Of a DNA stretch of 34,100 nt, positions 21,831 to 34,100 are shown piece after piece; position 1 is the stretch's first letter; each line of letters starts with the position of its first letter. The DNA is from Dicyema japonicum (taxonomy: Eukaryota; Animalia; Dicyemida): contig RDEW01000154.1 of assembly GCA_011109175.1 (NCBI GenBank), positions 1-34,100 on the forward strand, in the 5' to 3' direction. The position numbers were made by a program, and so were the translations under genes. A model generated the notes under the pieces. That model saw only the letters and a program-made list of their open reading frames with translations. It was not told the DNA's origin and ran no database searches.

Positions 21831-23159
21831 TTTATGTAATTTGTTATTTTATCAATTTATTTTTCTAAATTGACCGCCAAAAAATAAAATGTTGTCTACT
21901 GATTTTATCTATGATTTATTTGAATAAAAACATAATTAAATTAAAAAAAATAATTTAATAAAAATACAAACAATTATTAATATGATTTGTATCCTGGGGA
22001 GTTTTATTTATGGTTTTTGTAGAATCACACTTTCAGTAGTGGTTTTGACAATTCTTTTCAAAACTGGTGTATATGCAGGACAGGTGAACTCTTTTAGACA
22101 GTTAATTAATGCAACGTCTTTAGACTGATACAACTTTAGCTTTAGTTTTCCAATGTGTGGGGGATAAATGACGAGTAAAAAGACATTGGTTAACTTCTTT
22201 GAACGTCACTTTTTTACGGTTTTGAGATTGGATTCTGCTCAATGCCTTTGCTAAGGATTTTCCACTAAACTAATATTTTTCTTTTTTTAAAGCCTTTATA
22301 CGATAGCTATAATATTTGTAGCTCCGCATAGGCAGGACACACAGTTTATTTAAGTACAGAACAGTAATTTTTAACTAATCGTAGAACCAAGGAATGATCT
22401 TCAATTCTTTTTCTTGTGTGTGGGTCCTTTCTAGACAATCAAGTTCCGCAGTGAGTATCCACTGATGACGTCATCACTCGTCAAACCCTCTTGTAAACAG
22501 AATAAGAATAGTTATAAAGGTGATTCCAGAACTATTATTGATATATTCCCGTAATGTTGATGTACTATCTGAGATGGCATTTTGAAAATGGGGGTTTCAT
22601 TCTTTAAAGACTGTCACATAACTACAATCGGGATTCAGGGACGATAATAATCGAATTATCGGGTTTTTAGTTTCTTGTGACTTGATGATGCTTGAATTAA
22701 TTGGGAAGTCATAAAATATATTATTATTCGCTATTTATTTCCTTTAGGGTAGGCGAATGGCTCTGTGGTACTTGTCGGTGGATAATCCCTAAGGATGATC
22801 TTGACATACTTACGCGCGGATTAATTTTTCTCATAAAAATCAGTGATGAACGGAGAACTACCCGACCACATCCTCAGCCTCTTAGATTATTAAAAATTTC
22901 TAAGAGTGTTTTGTGGCACTTTTTTTTTCAAGTGGTCTAGTCTTCGAGGACTGTATGTCTTTTTTCTGAAATCCGTTATCTTCTCGGTCTTTGCATAAAA
23001 GATAAATAGCCCGACGAGACCTAATTACAAATATTAATTGCTAAAAATAAGAAATTTTTTTTTATAAAAAACTTAAAAAGCAATTAAATTATGAAAATAA
23101 TTACTAATTCTTTGATCATATTGATTAAATTATTTTTATCAAATGGCAAAAATGCAGTG

Positions 23160-23330
23160 CCCAGTGTCAGCCTGGCACGAAAAAGGATCATTTGCTCTCC
23201 CTCAAAGGGGATTCAACAGCTGCAAGTAATGAACGTCTTTTACCTTTTATGCTGATTCCGAATGTACTCTGTTTCTGTAGAAGTGAAAATTGGATACACC
23301 TAAGTAGTTATTTGCTATATTGCCTGAATA
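23160..23330 (+). repeat. Dispersed repeat of about 170 bp, inverted copy at about 32140-32310
   Basis: Shared ggcacgaaaaaggatcatttgctctccc and cgtcttttaccttttatg..gattcc...ctctgtttct...tggatacac blocks. Confidence 0.75.
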
Positions 23331-23339
23331 AAAAAATAT

Positions 23340-24040
23340 TAGCTATATGGCGTGAATGAGAAAACCCACTTACGGACGGTTGTAGTATTAATCGACATAC
23401 AGAAGACCTTCAACTCTATTCGAGGTCGTTATTGATTAAGAAGATCTCATGTCGAATATACACGCGGAGATAAAACTGTGGCTGTGAATTTTTTTAGAGT
23501 TGACGCGGAAGAGTTATTGTTAATGGAATAAATTCAAGGTAGCGTTTTCTTTTTAACAAGGGTCCACAAGGATCTCTTCTGTCTTCAATTATACACGATA
23601 TGCAACATTTGAGGGCTATAATACCACACTTCTATTTTATGGGGAGAATCTTATATATCCGCTACGAGTAGTTCTTCATCAGTGGCTGCTGTAGTGATCA
23701 GTTACACCTTAGCTGAGTTTACGACTGGCTATCGGCCAACATTTTTCTGAATCGACATCCAAATCACAGTTCACCCAAGACGAGAGATACAGGAGTAGAC
23801 CTGATATCCGCATTCCATTTACAAAATGCCAGATCTTTGGGGTTACTTCGAAGCGGAAACAACGTTTTCTCATCATACTGAGTTAGACATGGCCTGTTGA
23901 CTTTGCAAGTGGAATGTCTTTAAAAATTTGCATAGAGTCCACTGCATCTTCTTCCATAACACGACAATGGATCAAATGCTACTCACTTTTCAGATGAGTC
24001 GACCAGAAGAAATGGCTTAGGATTTCTTCGTTCTTCAAGG
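23340..24040 (+). mobile_element. Degenerate LINE RT core and thumb
   Basis: VVLIDIQKTFNSI, GPQGSLLS and IPFTKCQIFGVT (compare ITFSKCQKILGVT at 2690); many frameshifts. Confidence 0.6.
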
Positions 24041-24344
24041 AACTAGAAACACATTAGTTTTCCGTACGGAAATATACGATCAGTTTTGAAGAGAGACACC
24101 ATTTGATCGAGGTCCACAACAGAAATTCCTATGAGTTTATCAAATAAATTAAAGATAAGATCATCGAAAGTCTTGAAAATTGAAAAATTAATATGTTTGA
24201 ATGTACTTTCTCCAATTATTTGAACAAACATTAGTGATCTAATTCTTTTCTATCTTCAAAACATTCCAATTCCGAGGCCTATGAATGCATTAAAAAGGGG
24301 ACGAAATTTTGCATCCACCATAAACTGATGAAGGCGTTATTTTT

Positions 24345-24490
24345 TTAAATTATTTAACCCAAGACCAGGATAAAACCAAACTAATTATCATATGATCCCG
24401 ATGCATTTTTACAGAGATTTCATCTTTGCCCGGTGTTCTTCTTTCGTGCCCGCGCATGAACCTACAGGCTGTCTAAATTTTCATATGTGT
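24345..24490 (-). mobile_element. LINE 3' end
   Basis: CAGTKEEHRAKMKSL and tgcatcgggatcatatga followed by the conserved 3' UTR. Confidence 0.7.
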
Positions 24491-24619
24491 ACTAGAACTG
24501 TGCTTTAATGGAGCAGCTTCTGAAAGCAGCCAGTAATTGATAATTGTTAATTTTTGCCTATAATTAATAAATATAAAAAATAAATTTAAAAAAAGAAAAA
24601 AAAGGTCAATTCTGTAACG

Positions 24620-25010
24620 TTTATTTTAATGTAACAGTAATGGCATGTATAAGTTAACATACAACGTAGGAAACGTTAAGCCAACAACCGCTGACTTAAA
24701 TGCACACCTTTAATGGCCTAATAAATGTCATAGCAGTCTATGTGACCTTATCCGAAGCTATTTGAACATTCCAAGTTTTTGAATAATGTCTCTATTGCAG
24801 ATATTATTACGAAATTTGAAAGTACACGGTTCACAATTCAACAAGCACATGATGGTTTAGAATCGTCGGAATTTGGAAATGACAACAAATTTATTGAAGA
24901 ATGCATAAATAAAAGGCATCAAAAAATAATATTTCAAACATAATTAAAATGACTAATTCACACATGTCTCCTGCCGAGTATTCATACTCCTGAATTGTCG
25001 TGTTTGGTTG
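24620..25010 (+). mobile_element. Probable hAT-like transposase remnant, possibly related to 11930-12230
   Basis: IITKFESTRFTI...EFGND..FIEECINKR...MSPAEY pattern; recognition only. Confidence 0.35.
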
Positions 25011-26104
25011 AACAATGTTTCTCTGAGATAAAGAGTTTTCTAAGATCCAACATAAATTTTCTACCAGAAAATTTAGAAAATTATGTAATTTGTATGTGCA
25101 ACAAAAAATTTTAGTGTTTTTATTGTTTAGTTATAAAGTTAAATTATTGGGTTAATTTTTTTAGTTTTTAGGTTAATAAAGTTAAATTTTTTAGGTTAAA
25201 TTTTTAGGTTAAAAAATCGCCCTATTGATCGCAAATCATCTGGGAAAATGTGTTTTTAATTCTGATGGCTGTAAGTCTTGAGTGAAAAAAAAACGTTAAG
25301 TGTTTGTGATCAATATTTATAATGGAATGCTTAACTCAAAGCTAGAAGAAAAAAAACTTGTGCAATACGGATGATTCTACAGGATAAACAAATAACAATA
25401 GTTCGTATGATGCACTCATTTGGAGACGCAGCAGACAAGACAGAGTTCAAGAAAATCGGAATTTACGACATAAAGAAAAATCAGAATATACGCCGAGAGA
25501 GTAAAAAAGGACCCACTATCCTGGATTGTAAACGTGTCAAAAATTGGAGAATGGAATTGAGTAAGATAGTTTGTTATACGGGTTATATCCTTCATAGAAT
25601 TTCTGGCTTTGTTACTAAAGACTGAAATTCCATTATAACAGCAAATACAGGGGGATTTTACTGTCCGTTTTAAGAGTTGATTGTACACGTGGAAGCACAT
25701 TCTTGTGACTGGTGGATCCTCGACTTGAAAAATGTCTTTAAATGTAATTCTTGACTTGATGTCTTTATTTCTAAGAAAAAGAGAGAAAGGGTTACCAAAG
25801 TATGAAAATGTCTACAAAAGTTTATTTCTAAGGTATCTTTTTTCCATAGACGAATCAACCCTTGAAATACAATTTTCTAATCAACAAAATGATAGAAGAT
25901 ATTAATTAGCAGTCCTACTTATATGAACTCTTCCGTTCCTTTTGTCTCATCCCCTACTTGACAATGGTACAGGTAGGTCACACTCGAAAAAGATCGACAT
26001 AATAGAAGTAGCAGAAGCGAAACGGTATTCCTAGGAATTCCCTTAGGATGATGTTACACAAGGAGCTTTTTGAGGAATTCAAAGATCTAAACGATTCTTG
26101 AAAA

Positions 26105-26425
26105 AACTTAATAATAATAATAACACCAGAGACTACGGTTACACGAACTAACTAATCACGTGATTTCAGCACGCAGTAGAAGGATTTCATCTTGGCCCCA
26201 TGCTACTCCCTCGACCCCACACAAGCACGTATCGGTCGAGTGACAGGACCTTCGCAGTCACGACGGCGCGTTCATTCGTATCAAGGCTTTAAGTGGCAAT
26301 GGTGGTTGGAACTTCTAGAAATCCAGCATTCCGTAATTTTGGAGACACTTTTCGGCTAGCCTCGATCTTCAAGACATTCGTCCAAGAGATGAGTGGTCCC
26401 CTTTAGATTCGGGAAAAAGTAGAAT
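26105..26425 (-). mobile_element. LINE 3' end with (TAT)n tail, diverged subfamily
   Basis: ISWTNVLKIE, PIRACVGSRE, aaatcacgtga and taaccgtagtctctgg followed by tattattatta. Confidence 0.65.
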
Positions 26426-27037
26426 TAAAGAATTTATTAATCTATTAAAAGAAAATTGGAATTTGTTGACATAATTATTCTTAAGAACATTCTAGAAGAA
26501 TTAATAATTACTAATTTTCCCTTAATTTTTCAATGCTCTTGTACCTCACTATAAGTCAGATGGGATTCGAAAAGTACGAGTACGACTAATAATAACTTAC
26601 ATAATAAATCTTGGAATTTCTGTGTAATTTACAAAGTCAAATTTTTCCCATATTAAAAAAAACCCAAATATAGCGGACGTTCTTTTAGATTGTCGTTAAT
26701 GCTAAAAGTTTGTGAAAGACCCCAATAAAGATTCCAGGCCTCTAAGGCAGTTTCAACTCCTCCTTACGTTCAACCTATTCACTACATCGTTGTCAAGTCC
26801 CCCATGTTGAATGACCCAAGTTAAAAATGCAAATTTTTAGAAAGGCGCCAACAATGAATGAAAAAAATATCGATGCAAACCACGAGAGACCATAGAGACT
26901 ATCCTCAACGATGATCTATCGAAAATATAAAAATGGATCTGGAAACTCTCCGTAAGAAAACGCAAACAGATGGGGCGAGGGGATTAGTTCTCCCTCTGTA
27001 AAAAATCCTCATAAGATAAATTCAAATAAAAGTAAAA

Positions 27038-28690
27038 TTATAAGTTAGATTCCACTTGACCTCCCTTCGCCGATAAAGTAATCGAGGCAATAACCATTTG
27101 AATTTTATCTACAATAAAAATGACAAAACTTATGGTTCTTTCAATTTTTGGAAATCCGTGGAGATATAATAAAAAGATATAAATTGGAACAGCAGTGAAC
27201 TTTATCACAGTTCCCAATACTGCAAAATCAGTAAACATGTAACCTGATTCGAACGGGGACACAGTTATGGAAGCTATAACAAGACACGATACTAAAATTA
27301 TGAATATTATTGGAATTGCTAGAGGCACCAAAATGAGTTCTAAATTACTTTAATGGGTCTGTCTACGGCCGGTCTGACCTTCCTGAGGTACAACAGTGCA
27401 ACGGCAACGGAAATGGTGGAAGCGTAGTTCATTATCCCCCAGTAATTCAATAGCAGCACAATGTTATCTGAAATCGTGTAAAGCATCGTGAGAAGGCCCT
27501 AAGGTGAAATCAGTATCATTACACATGCTAAGACAGCAATCAAGGGGGTTTTGAACTTAATGCTGACCGTGCTTACCACTTCAGGCATATGGTTGTGTCG
27601 GGCAGCAACGGAAAATAACCTAATTTTGTGAAATTTGTTGTCAAACCGAGAATATCCGTAAAATTGACTATTTAAGGCTCCAAACGTAGAGAGGGAGACC
27701 CCAGCTGACAGGAGATATTTGTAAATGACATTGACTTTGCCTCCCAAACTCTAAATTCATGGATTTGCCCAATACTAAGGCTATCGCTTCGGATTGGATT
27801 ATCTCGTCAAAAGTGAGAACCGCGTAATATGAAATTACGGTAAAAACGTAAATTACTGTGCACAAAGAGATGGAAATAATAATCGTGATTGGCATATCTC
27901 TGATTTTATAAAAAAAGGCAAACTTCTTCAAATTCTTCATTTCTTTTGAAACCGTGTTTAAATGTTGCCTAAAGTAAGAATAAACAGAACCATCCGTGGT
28001 AAGCAAACAGGCCACCATAGTGGGCTAAAGCGATCTGTCCAATGTTACTTGTGGTACCTTTAAATCCCATTTTGAGGGTGTCGAAGTGACCTCATGATAG
28101 AAAATTCCAAGTTACCAGTTATTAGGAAATAAAATCCAGTGCTGATTAAAGATAGAAGAACGAGGATTTTTATGACATTGCAAACATTCTGGACGATAAG
28201 TGAGACCCGGGTGCTAAGGCAATTGATTGCTGTAACGGCAACTGAAAAAAAATTATGAGCATTTACTCGTGCAAAGGTTGGCCAACAAAATCACAATTAC
28301 TGATTTGAAAGAACATGAGGGATAGATTGGTTTGAGCAAATAAACGGAGAAAGTAATGGCTATAATAGCCGAAATTGCTGGCCTGATGACGATAAGTTCT
28401 ATCCATATTCTCAGAAAGGCTGCAAAAGGACCAAAAGCTTTCATAGCGTAAACGTAATCTCCACCAGAACTAGGGATCATAGCCCCTTATTCAGCGTAGC
28501 AGAAGGCTCCCATCATGGAAATCAATCCGGAGTTGACCCAGATAAGTATTGAAAGACCAATACTGCTGGTCTGTTTCAGCATGCTCGATGAGGTTATAAA
28601 AATTCCAGATCCAATCATTGACCCTACAATTATGGTTATAGAATGGAGTATTTTCAGATGTCGATTCTCACTTACTGTATTTACTGGCAT
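27038..28690 (-). pseudogene. LAT-family (SLC7 light chain) amino-acid transporter with 10 tiny introns and two apparent lesions
   Basis: GSMIGSGIF, CYAE*GAMIPSSGGDY, KPIYPSC (heavy-chain disulfide Cys), GLFAYHGW, STFGALNS and RPIKVPL. Removing 10 introns (237 nt) leaves 1416 nt, or 472 codons. In-frame TAA at 28487-28489; non-AG acceptor at 27329. Confidence 0.85.
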
Positions 28691-29100
28691 TTCAAATATT
28701 TGATTAATTCTATTTATTTCAATTTAAGTTTATAAAATTTTTAATAAAAAAATTAATAATAATAATTTGTTTTTTTACGAGAGACATAATATTTATATCT
28801 CGGCTAGATAGAGAAGTAAACTGGTGCAATAGAGATACGGCATCACCTTAACCATCCGATCGATTGATCATGTGGCTGATTTCCACACCAGTTGCATGAA
28901 ACTCTTCCCGTTCTTTCTTCCTCATCCTATACTTGACAATGGCACAAATAGGTCATCTCGAAACGACAAGATGTTCCTCCTGATGGTTTGGTGGGTGAGA
29001 CCCTAGAGTTCAATGAGTCTTTTTCGAGTGATCTTTTGAATATTCGAGTATCATTTCAATAAGTAATCTTTTGGATAAATTTTATTTAGTTTAATTAACA

Positions 29101-29640
29101 GGTCGAAGGAGTGCAGGACGATTCCCAAGACACAAGGCGATCAACGGAATTGTCAAGCGAGCCCTGGAGTCTGCGGGATACCCAGCCATACTAGAACCTG
29201 TTGGTCTGGACACATCACAATTTTCCCATTCGAAGAGGGGAAACCTTTGGTCTGGGACGCTACTTGTGTCGACACGCTTTGCCCGTCCAACATTGTCGGG
29301 AGCGCGGTAGACACACTGTATTCCGCGGAAAAAACGATGATGGCAAAGGAGAAGAAGTACGAAGCGCTACGCGACCGATTCGCGTTTTATCCGATAGTGG
29401 TCGAGACAACTGGAGGAATAAGTGGAAAATCGCTTCGCTTCCTAAAGAAACTTGGACGCTTAGCTACACTAAAAAGCCACGACGCACGTGAGACCCGGTG
29501 GCTACTCCAGTTGATCTCTGTTGCAATCGTGAGAGGCAACGCAACGTCGATAATGTCGGCGGGGTCCACTTTGGATGGATGGCAGTTTTAAATATGCTTT
29601 ACTGGGGATAAATTAACTGATTATTTTATTTATTTGATCG
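29101..29640 (+). mobile_element. CRE-clade retroelement 3' end (RLE domain)
   Basis: [62 protein letters not shown] and ISVAIVRGNA. Confidence 0.88.
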
Positions 29641-29689
29641 TTTAATTAATTAAAATTTGGGTCAACAATTTCGGAACAAAATTCTTTAA

Positions 29690-29800
29690 AAATTTGACAC
29701 AATTAAAGTCACCACCAAGCCGAGCATTAAATAAGTTTTCTTTGAAATGTTGCTATTTTTCGGCATAGATCATACATGAGGTGATCTAGCTTGGAATTTA
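29690..29800 (-). mobile_element. APE endonuclease remnant
   Basis: IYA....F..NL....LGGDFNCV. Confidence 0.35.
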
Positions 29801-30659
29801 AGCTTACTTCTGTCAATTGTGTCATCTTAGAAAGAGAATTTTGATAGTAATTAATTTTTGAAAAACTATCAACATCTCTTCCACAGAGATCTTGGTGTTG
29901 AAAGTTATGTGTATGAGGATAATAGATTCTTAGAATGGGAGATCATTCAATTTGAGTTTAGTAAAGAAAGGTTAATTTTAGGTCAATGTTCTGATTGCCA
30001 TTTGAATAGAAACGAATTATCAGGAAACTGCTTAATGCCTTGCTCATAGTGGATGTCAATGCAAGATACTTTAAATAAAAATCATTTTCTAGTTTGTGGA
30101 CTCAGGAGACATTGAAAACCTGAAGTTTAAAACAAAATGTTAGATGAACCAGGATCCTTTTCGAATCCGATCCAGCCAAAATTTAAAGGAACTTGAAAGG
30201 TGATATCTAATGAAAAGTGATCGTCGTCGGTACAGGAAAGCCGTGGGTGCTCTGGAGGAACATAAGAAAAACCTCTCGATCCTGTTGAGGTGTCAAGTAT
30301 TATTAACTCTAGGGCCGTGTGGAGAAGTGTAACGAGAGTTAGGAAAATTTCTACATGGCTTTAGTTTGAATCTCGCATTCCGGTTGAAGGTTCCACGCAT
30401 GGCTTTATGAATGACGTCGTTATCAGTGAGCATTCATTGCGAAACCGGATTGTCTATAGAGGACATACAAGCGACACAAACAAAAAAGAGGTGAAGACCA
30501 TTCCTTGGTTTTTCCTCTACAATTAATTAACTGTTCTTTACTTAAATGTGTGTCATGCCTAGGAGGAGCTTTATTTATAGGGTTTCCCGACCACTAAAGG
30601 CAACTTTCCCGACGAATAACGACATTTTCCGAATCAATATATTAGCCATAAATTCAAAG

Positions 30660-31560
30660 TGTATGATTATTGGTTAAATTTCGTTGAATCGAGCTTGATC
30701 GTTAGGCTGTTTCCTCTGACTATAGCTGTCGAGATACGCTTAAGAAGCTATTCATTCTGACGTAGATCCTTCGTGACCCTTCGGATCATTGAGTCGATCC
30801 GACGGACTAGATCGTCCGCTTGTAGGCCAAAAATTTCTTACGTCTCAACAGCAAATATGACAAACAAATGATTCTCAGAAATGTTTCGGTACTTCCTTTA
30901 TTTCTGATCCTTGGCTTGCTTAGAAGCATGACTGTGTCAGAGACTGAAGGGCCAAATTATGATGTCCGCAACGGTAGGACGTGTGAAGCCAAGGATGCAA
31001 TCTTCCAGGTACCATAAATTTAGGGGAGTAGAAATATCTTGTCAATATGCTCGATCGACAATAAAAAAGGAGACCAGGTGGGTAACCCTCCTGTACTCTC
31101 ATCTCAGAAGGAAAGATTTTATTTAGAAAAAACGATGGCAGTCAGATTCTTTCCATCGATTTCCTTTATCATTTGAACGAAGCGATTTAATCCCAGAGGA
31201 AGGTTGAGATGAGTGAAGTTAGTGGAGTCCCCAAAGGTATAAATAACTCTGTGGCTAATTCCTCTCAAGATTCCCTAAAGATAGTCAAGCGTGCTTTCAA
31301 TCGACTTGAAAAGACGGTTTTCATAAAGGAGAAATAGACTTCCATTCCAGGCCCAGTGCAAGCACCGGGAAAGAGAGAAGCATCATCCAATATCTCGTTG
31401 AATCACTGAGAATCGCTTTTTCAATACAGCTAGCAAGGAAAGAAGGAAAATTAGTGAGCCTTAGTGATCCCAACAGGGAGTGTTCGAAATTACTTTTAGA
31501 AACTTCTCTGGAGTCATAGTTCCGATATTACCGAGATTTCCATATTACATCCCTGAGATG
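30660..31560 (-). mobile_element. Degenerate CRE-clade element: RT motifs joined to the RLE C-terminus
   Basis: RVQEGYPPGLLF (QG motif), NLWYLEDC (YLDD), then KYRNISENHLFVIFAVET and RISTAIVRGNS. Confidence 0.62.
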
Positions 31561-32139
31561 ACTTCAACCGGTGACAAACACACATCCAACTATCCATTGG
31601 TCTTGCAACTTTTTTGCATATCCTGACACAAGAGAGAAGGTAGATCACCAACAAGTGTCACAAACGACACCAAACTTTCTACCATTACCATATCGGTCAG
31701 GTTTTTTCACATTTTTTTTAGCACTAATCGTTTTGTTATCTCCTATTTTTGGCTTGGTAACTGTCTAATGCATAAACTAGTATCAAAGGTACACGCAAAT
31801 GTCGGAAAGGCATTTAGAAAAAATTGTGCTTTTTTAACAAACTAAAAAACCAAAGGTAACCAAACTAACTACTCCTTGATCGTTTCAGAACTTGTCTTCA
31901 GGTTACGACATTGTCCCTCGAGGAAAAAATAGTTGGATCTTTTTGTCCCGGCCAGACATTTAGCGTCTCCTCAGTAAAGTGGGTCCAATGACGCCATCGG
32001 AGGGAAGTAAAATAAATTTTGGCCAACTCGTCATATATCAACACATGTCTCCACGCGGAAAGATTGTAAAGTGCTTATTAGTGTGCAGTATGAAAAAGCA
32101 TTTCTTATTTATTTCTTATCCCTGGATACACCGAGAAAA

Positions 32140-32310
32140 AAGTTAAAGTAAACAACTAATTAAGTGTATCCAGTTTCCACTTCCATAGAAACAGAGTCCA
32201 TCCGGAATCAACATAAAAGGTAAAAGACGTCCATACTTGCAGTTGTGGAAACATCTCCAGTGGAGTGGGGGAGAGCAAATGATCCTTTTTCGTGCCGGCC
32301 TGGCACTAGG
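32140..32310 (-). repeat. Second copy of the 170-bp dispersed repeat
   Basis: Reverse complement resembles 23160-23330. Confidence 0.75.
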
Positions 32311-32984
32311 CGTCACCTAAACAGGTGGATCACATGATGCCACTCTATTTGGAAGAGAGGAGGAACAGACGAATAAACGGAAAACTTCAACCAATTAACC
32401 ACGCAGCATCACATGCACCACGCGGCTAAAGTGCTTTGACGTCAAGAATTTCTTGATTTATGAATTCATTAAAATAAAACTGTTTCGAAAATATTATAAA
32501 TTCTAAATAAATTAATCAATCAAATACGTGACCTAGATTATACACATCGACGTGTCATTTAAAAAATTATTAAAAAGCACTGCCGAAAAAATAAAAGTAG
32601 CTAAGTTTCGTTTGTGCCGTATTCCGAATCATCATCCTCTCCGTCAGCCTTCACCGTTATCATTTTTGCTCGCTAGTTTTTTGGTAATCCAAGTAGTCCG
32701 CGAAAGTTAGTCTCATACCAACCGCCGATAGATCTTTGCATATACATTTTTTACATACATATTTAGCATATGAATGTTTTTGTTAATATTTTTTCCTCAA
32801 TCACGAATATCAAATATAAATCAGACTAAATGGATATTCTTCATTGACAAGTACTCGTAAAAATGTATTTTACATATAATAATAATTGTAGACAAAAAAT
32901 TATTCATTTGGCATTCATTATGGCAAAAGTTTTAATAATAAGCACAGCCTCTGTTAGGATAAAAAATAACTTAATCATAGAATT

Positions 32985-33029
32985 TTTGGCCGGTCCCAAA
33001 ATCGGCGGATTCGAGAAGATTTTACTGTA
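32985..33029 (-). repeat. Solo pogo/Tc1-like terminus
   Basis: Minus strand reads TA-CAGTAAAATCTTCTCGAATCCGCC, a CAGT start after TA; no partner end found. Confidence 0.3.
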
Positions 33030-33634
33030 TATGGATTTTTAGGTATACTGAAAAAACGGTTCAAATGAAACGGATGGCTAACTACTACTGAATTGAAAAA
33101 AAAATAATAATGACTCAAATGAATAAAAATATATTAAATTATTTTAATAAAAATTTATATTTTAATACGGTCAACCATCACCATCAATAAACTTTACTAC
33201 ACACGTGAATATTGTTCCTTGTTGTCCTGCGCTTGGTTTATTTTGTATCGTCTCAAATAAGATAAAGTAGTATTATTTATAGTAATTTTCTTCAATAATT
33301 GAAAGTGCAAGATTTATCAAACCTTTATCAACTAAATCTTTGATTCATCAATTCATTATGTTGCTTTTAATATGAAGAAATTATGTAATCCATACTTCTT
33401 TTTTTTAATGGAATTTATTATTTTCTGACAGAAATTCAATATTTTTTTTGTTGATTGTATTCGACGAATTTTTTATTAGATTTATTATTTACCCTTTCAA
33501 CGAATATTTTCATTGAGTGAAACGAAATTATTCCAAAGACCATGGATAAAACCACACTAAATAATTCCCTTTCTAGAATGGACAGCCATTTAAAACAATT
33601 TTTTATTCTACTTTGGTGGACTATCATCGTTTGC

Positions 33635-33976
33635 GAATTTCCAACACCTATGTGCATCATGTTCTTCTTGTGTCCACTAATTGATTAATTGTAATGCCCA
33701 AGTGCTCATATGAACCTGATTCATCAGATCAGCGATGTCTATCACATGGATATTCTACGATGATTATCTTAATTATGTTATTGGGGGTCTTATTAGATGT
33801 CTGAACGAATTTCCAACACTTATGAGCATCAATGTTCTTGTATGTCCACTAATTGATTAATTGTAATGCCCAATGCTCATATGAACCTGATTCATCAGAT
33901 CAGCGATGTCTATCAGATGGATATTCTACGATGATTATCTTAATTATGTTATTGGGGGTCTTATTAGATGTCTGAA
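33635..33976. repeat. Local tandem duplication, about 165-170 bp x2
   Basis: Near-identical copies differing by a few small indels. Confidence 0.85.
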
Positions 33977-34100
33977 TAAACGATCCTTTCCCATATGAGC
34001 AAACTACGATTCTCCGCCAATTAATGTACAAAATACTAAGATCAATCGTTAATGAAGAACTATTACCCACGAATATCGTTTATTCAANGTAATGTCCAAG

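Noticed and set aside
24043-24231. 62-aa ORF as a host gene
   Set aside because: IFKTFDDL...DKL looks more like a decayed RT KAFD segment; too weak to list as either.
25371-25625. 84-aa ORF as a gene
   Set aside because: No recognisable motif and no consistent exon chain.
28487-28489. TAA reassigned to an amino acid
   Set aside because: Only one instance; the same gene ends in TAA, and the proteasome-like gene and the long ORF2 need no recoding.
33436-33660. LTR-retrotransposon RNase H (SILERELFSVV)
   Set aside because: One short motif only; no TDH, RT or integrase motifs around it.

Overview
This is AT-rich eukaryotic genomic DNA from a scaffolded draft assembly (two N gaps, several single-n joins with flanking duplications). 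Most of the window is transposon debris: APE-type LINEs (Jockey/I-like and RTE-like), CRE-clade restriction-like-endonuclease (RLE) retroelements, and MULE, pogo/Tigger and hAT-like DNA transposon remnants. Two host genes, found only in fragments by the ORF track, can be rebuilt using 20-27 nt introns: a LAT/SLC7 amino-acid transporter light chain carrying two lesions, and an apparently intact divergent proteasome beta-type subunit. The tiny introns and animal-type genes suggest a compact-genome animal parasite such as a myxozoan (inference only). The standout is a 345-codon ORF (16797-17834, minus strand) that starts with a near-perfect histone H3 N-terminal tail but has no histone fold. It lies between inverted, repeat-bearing ends associated with a MULE transposase fragment, so it is a candidate transposon-borne histone-tail mimic. 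All translations and alignments were done by eye, and remnant boundaries are approximate.
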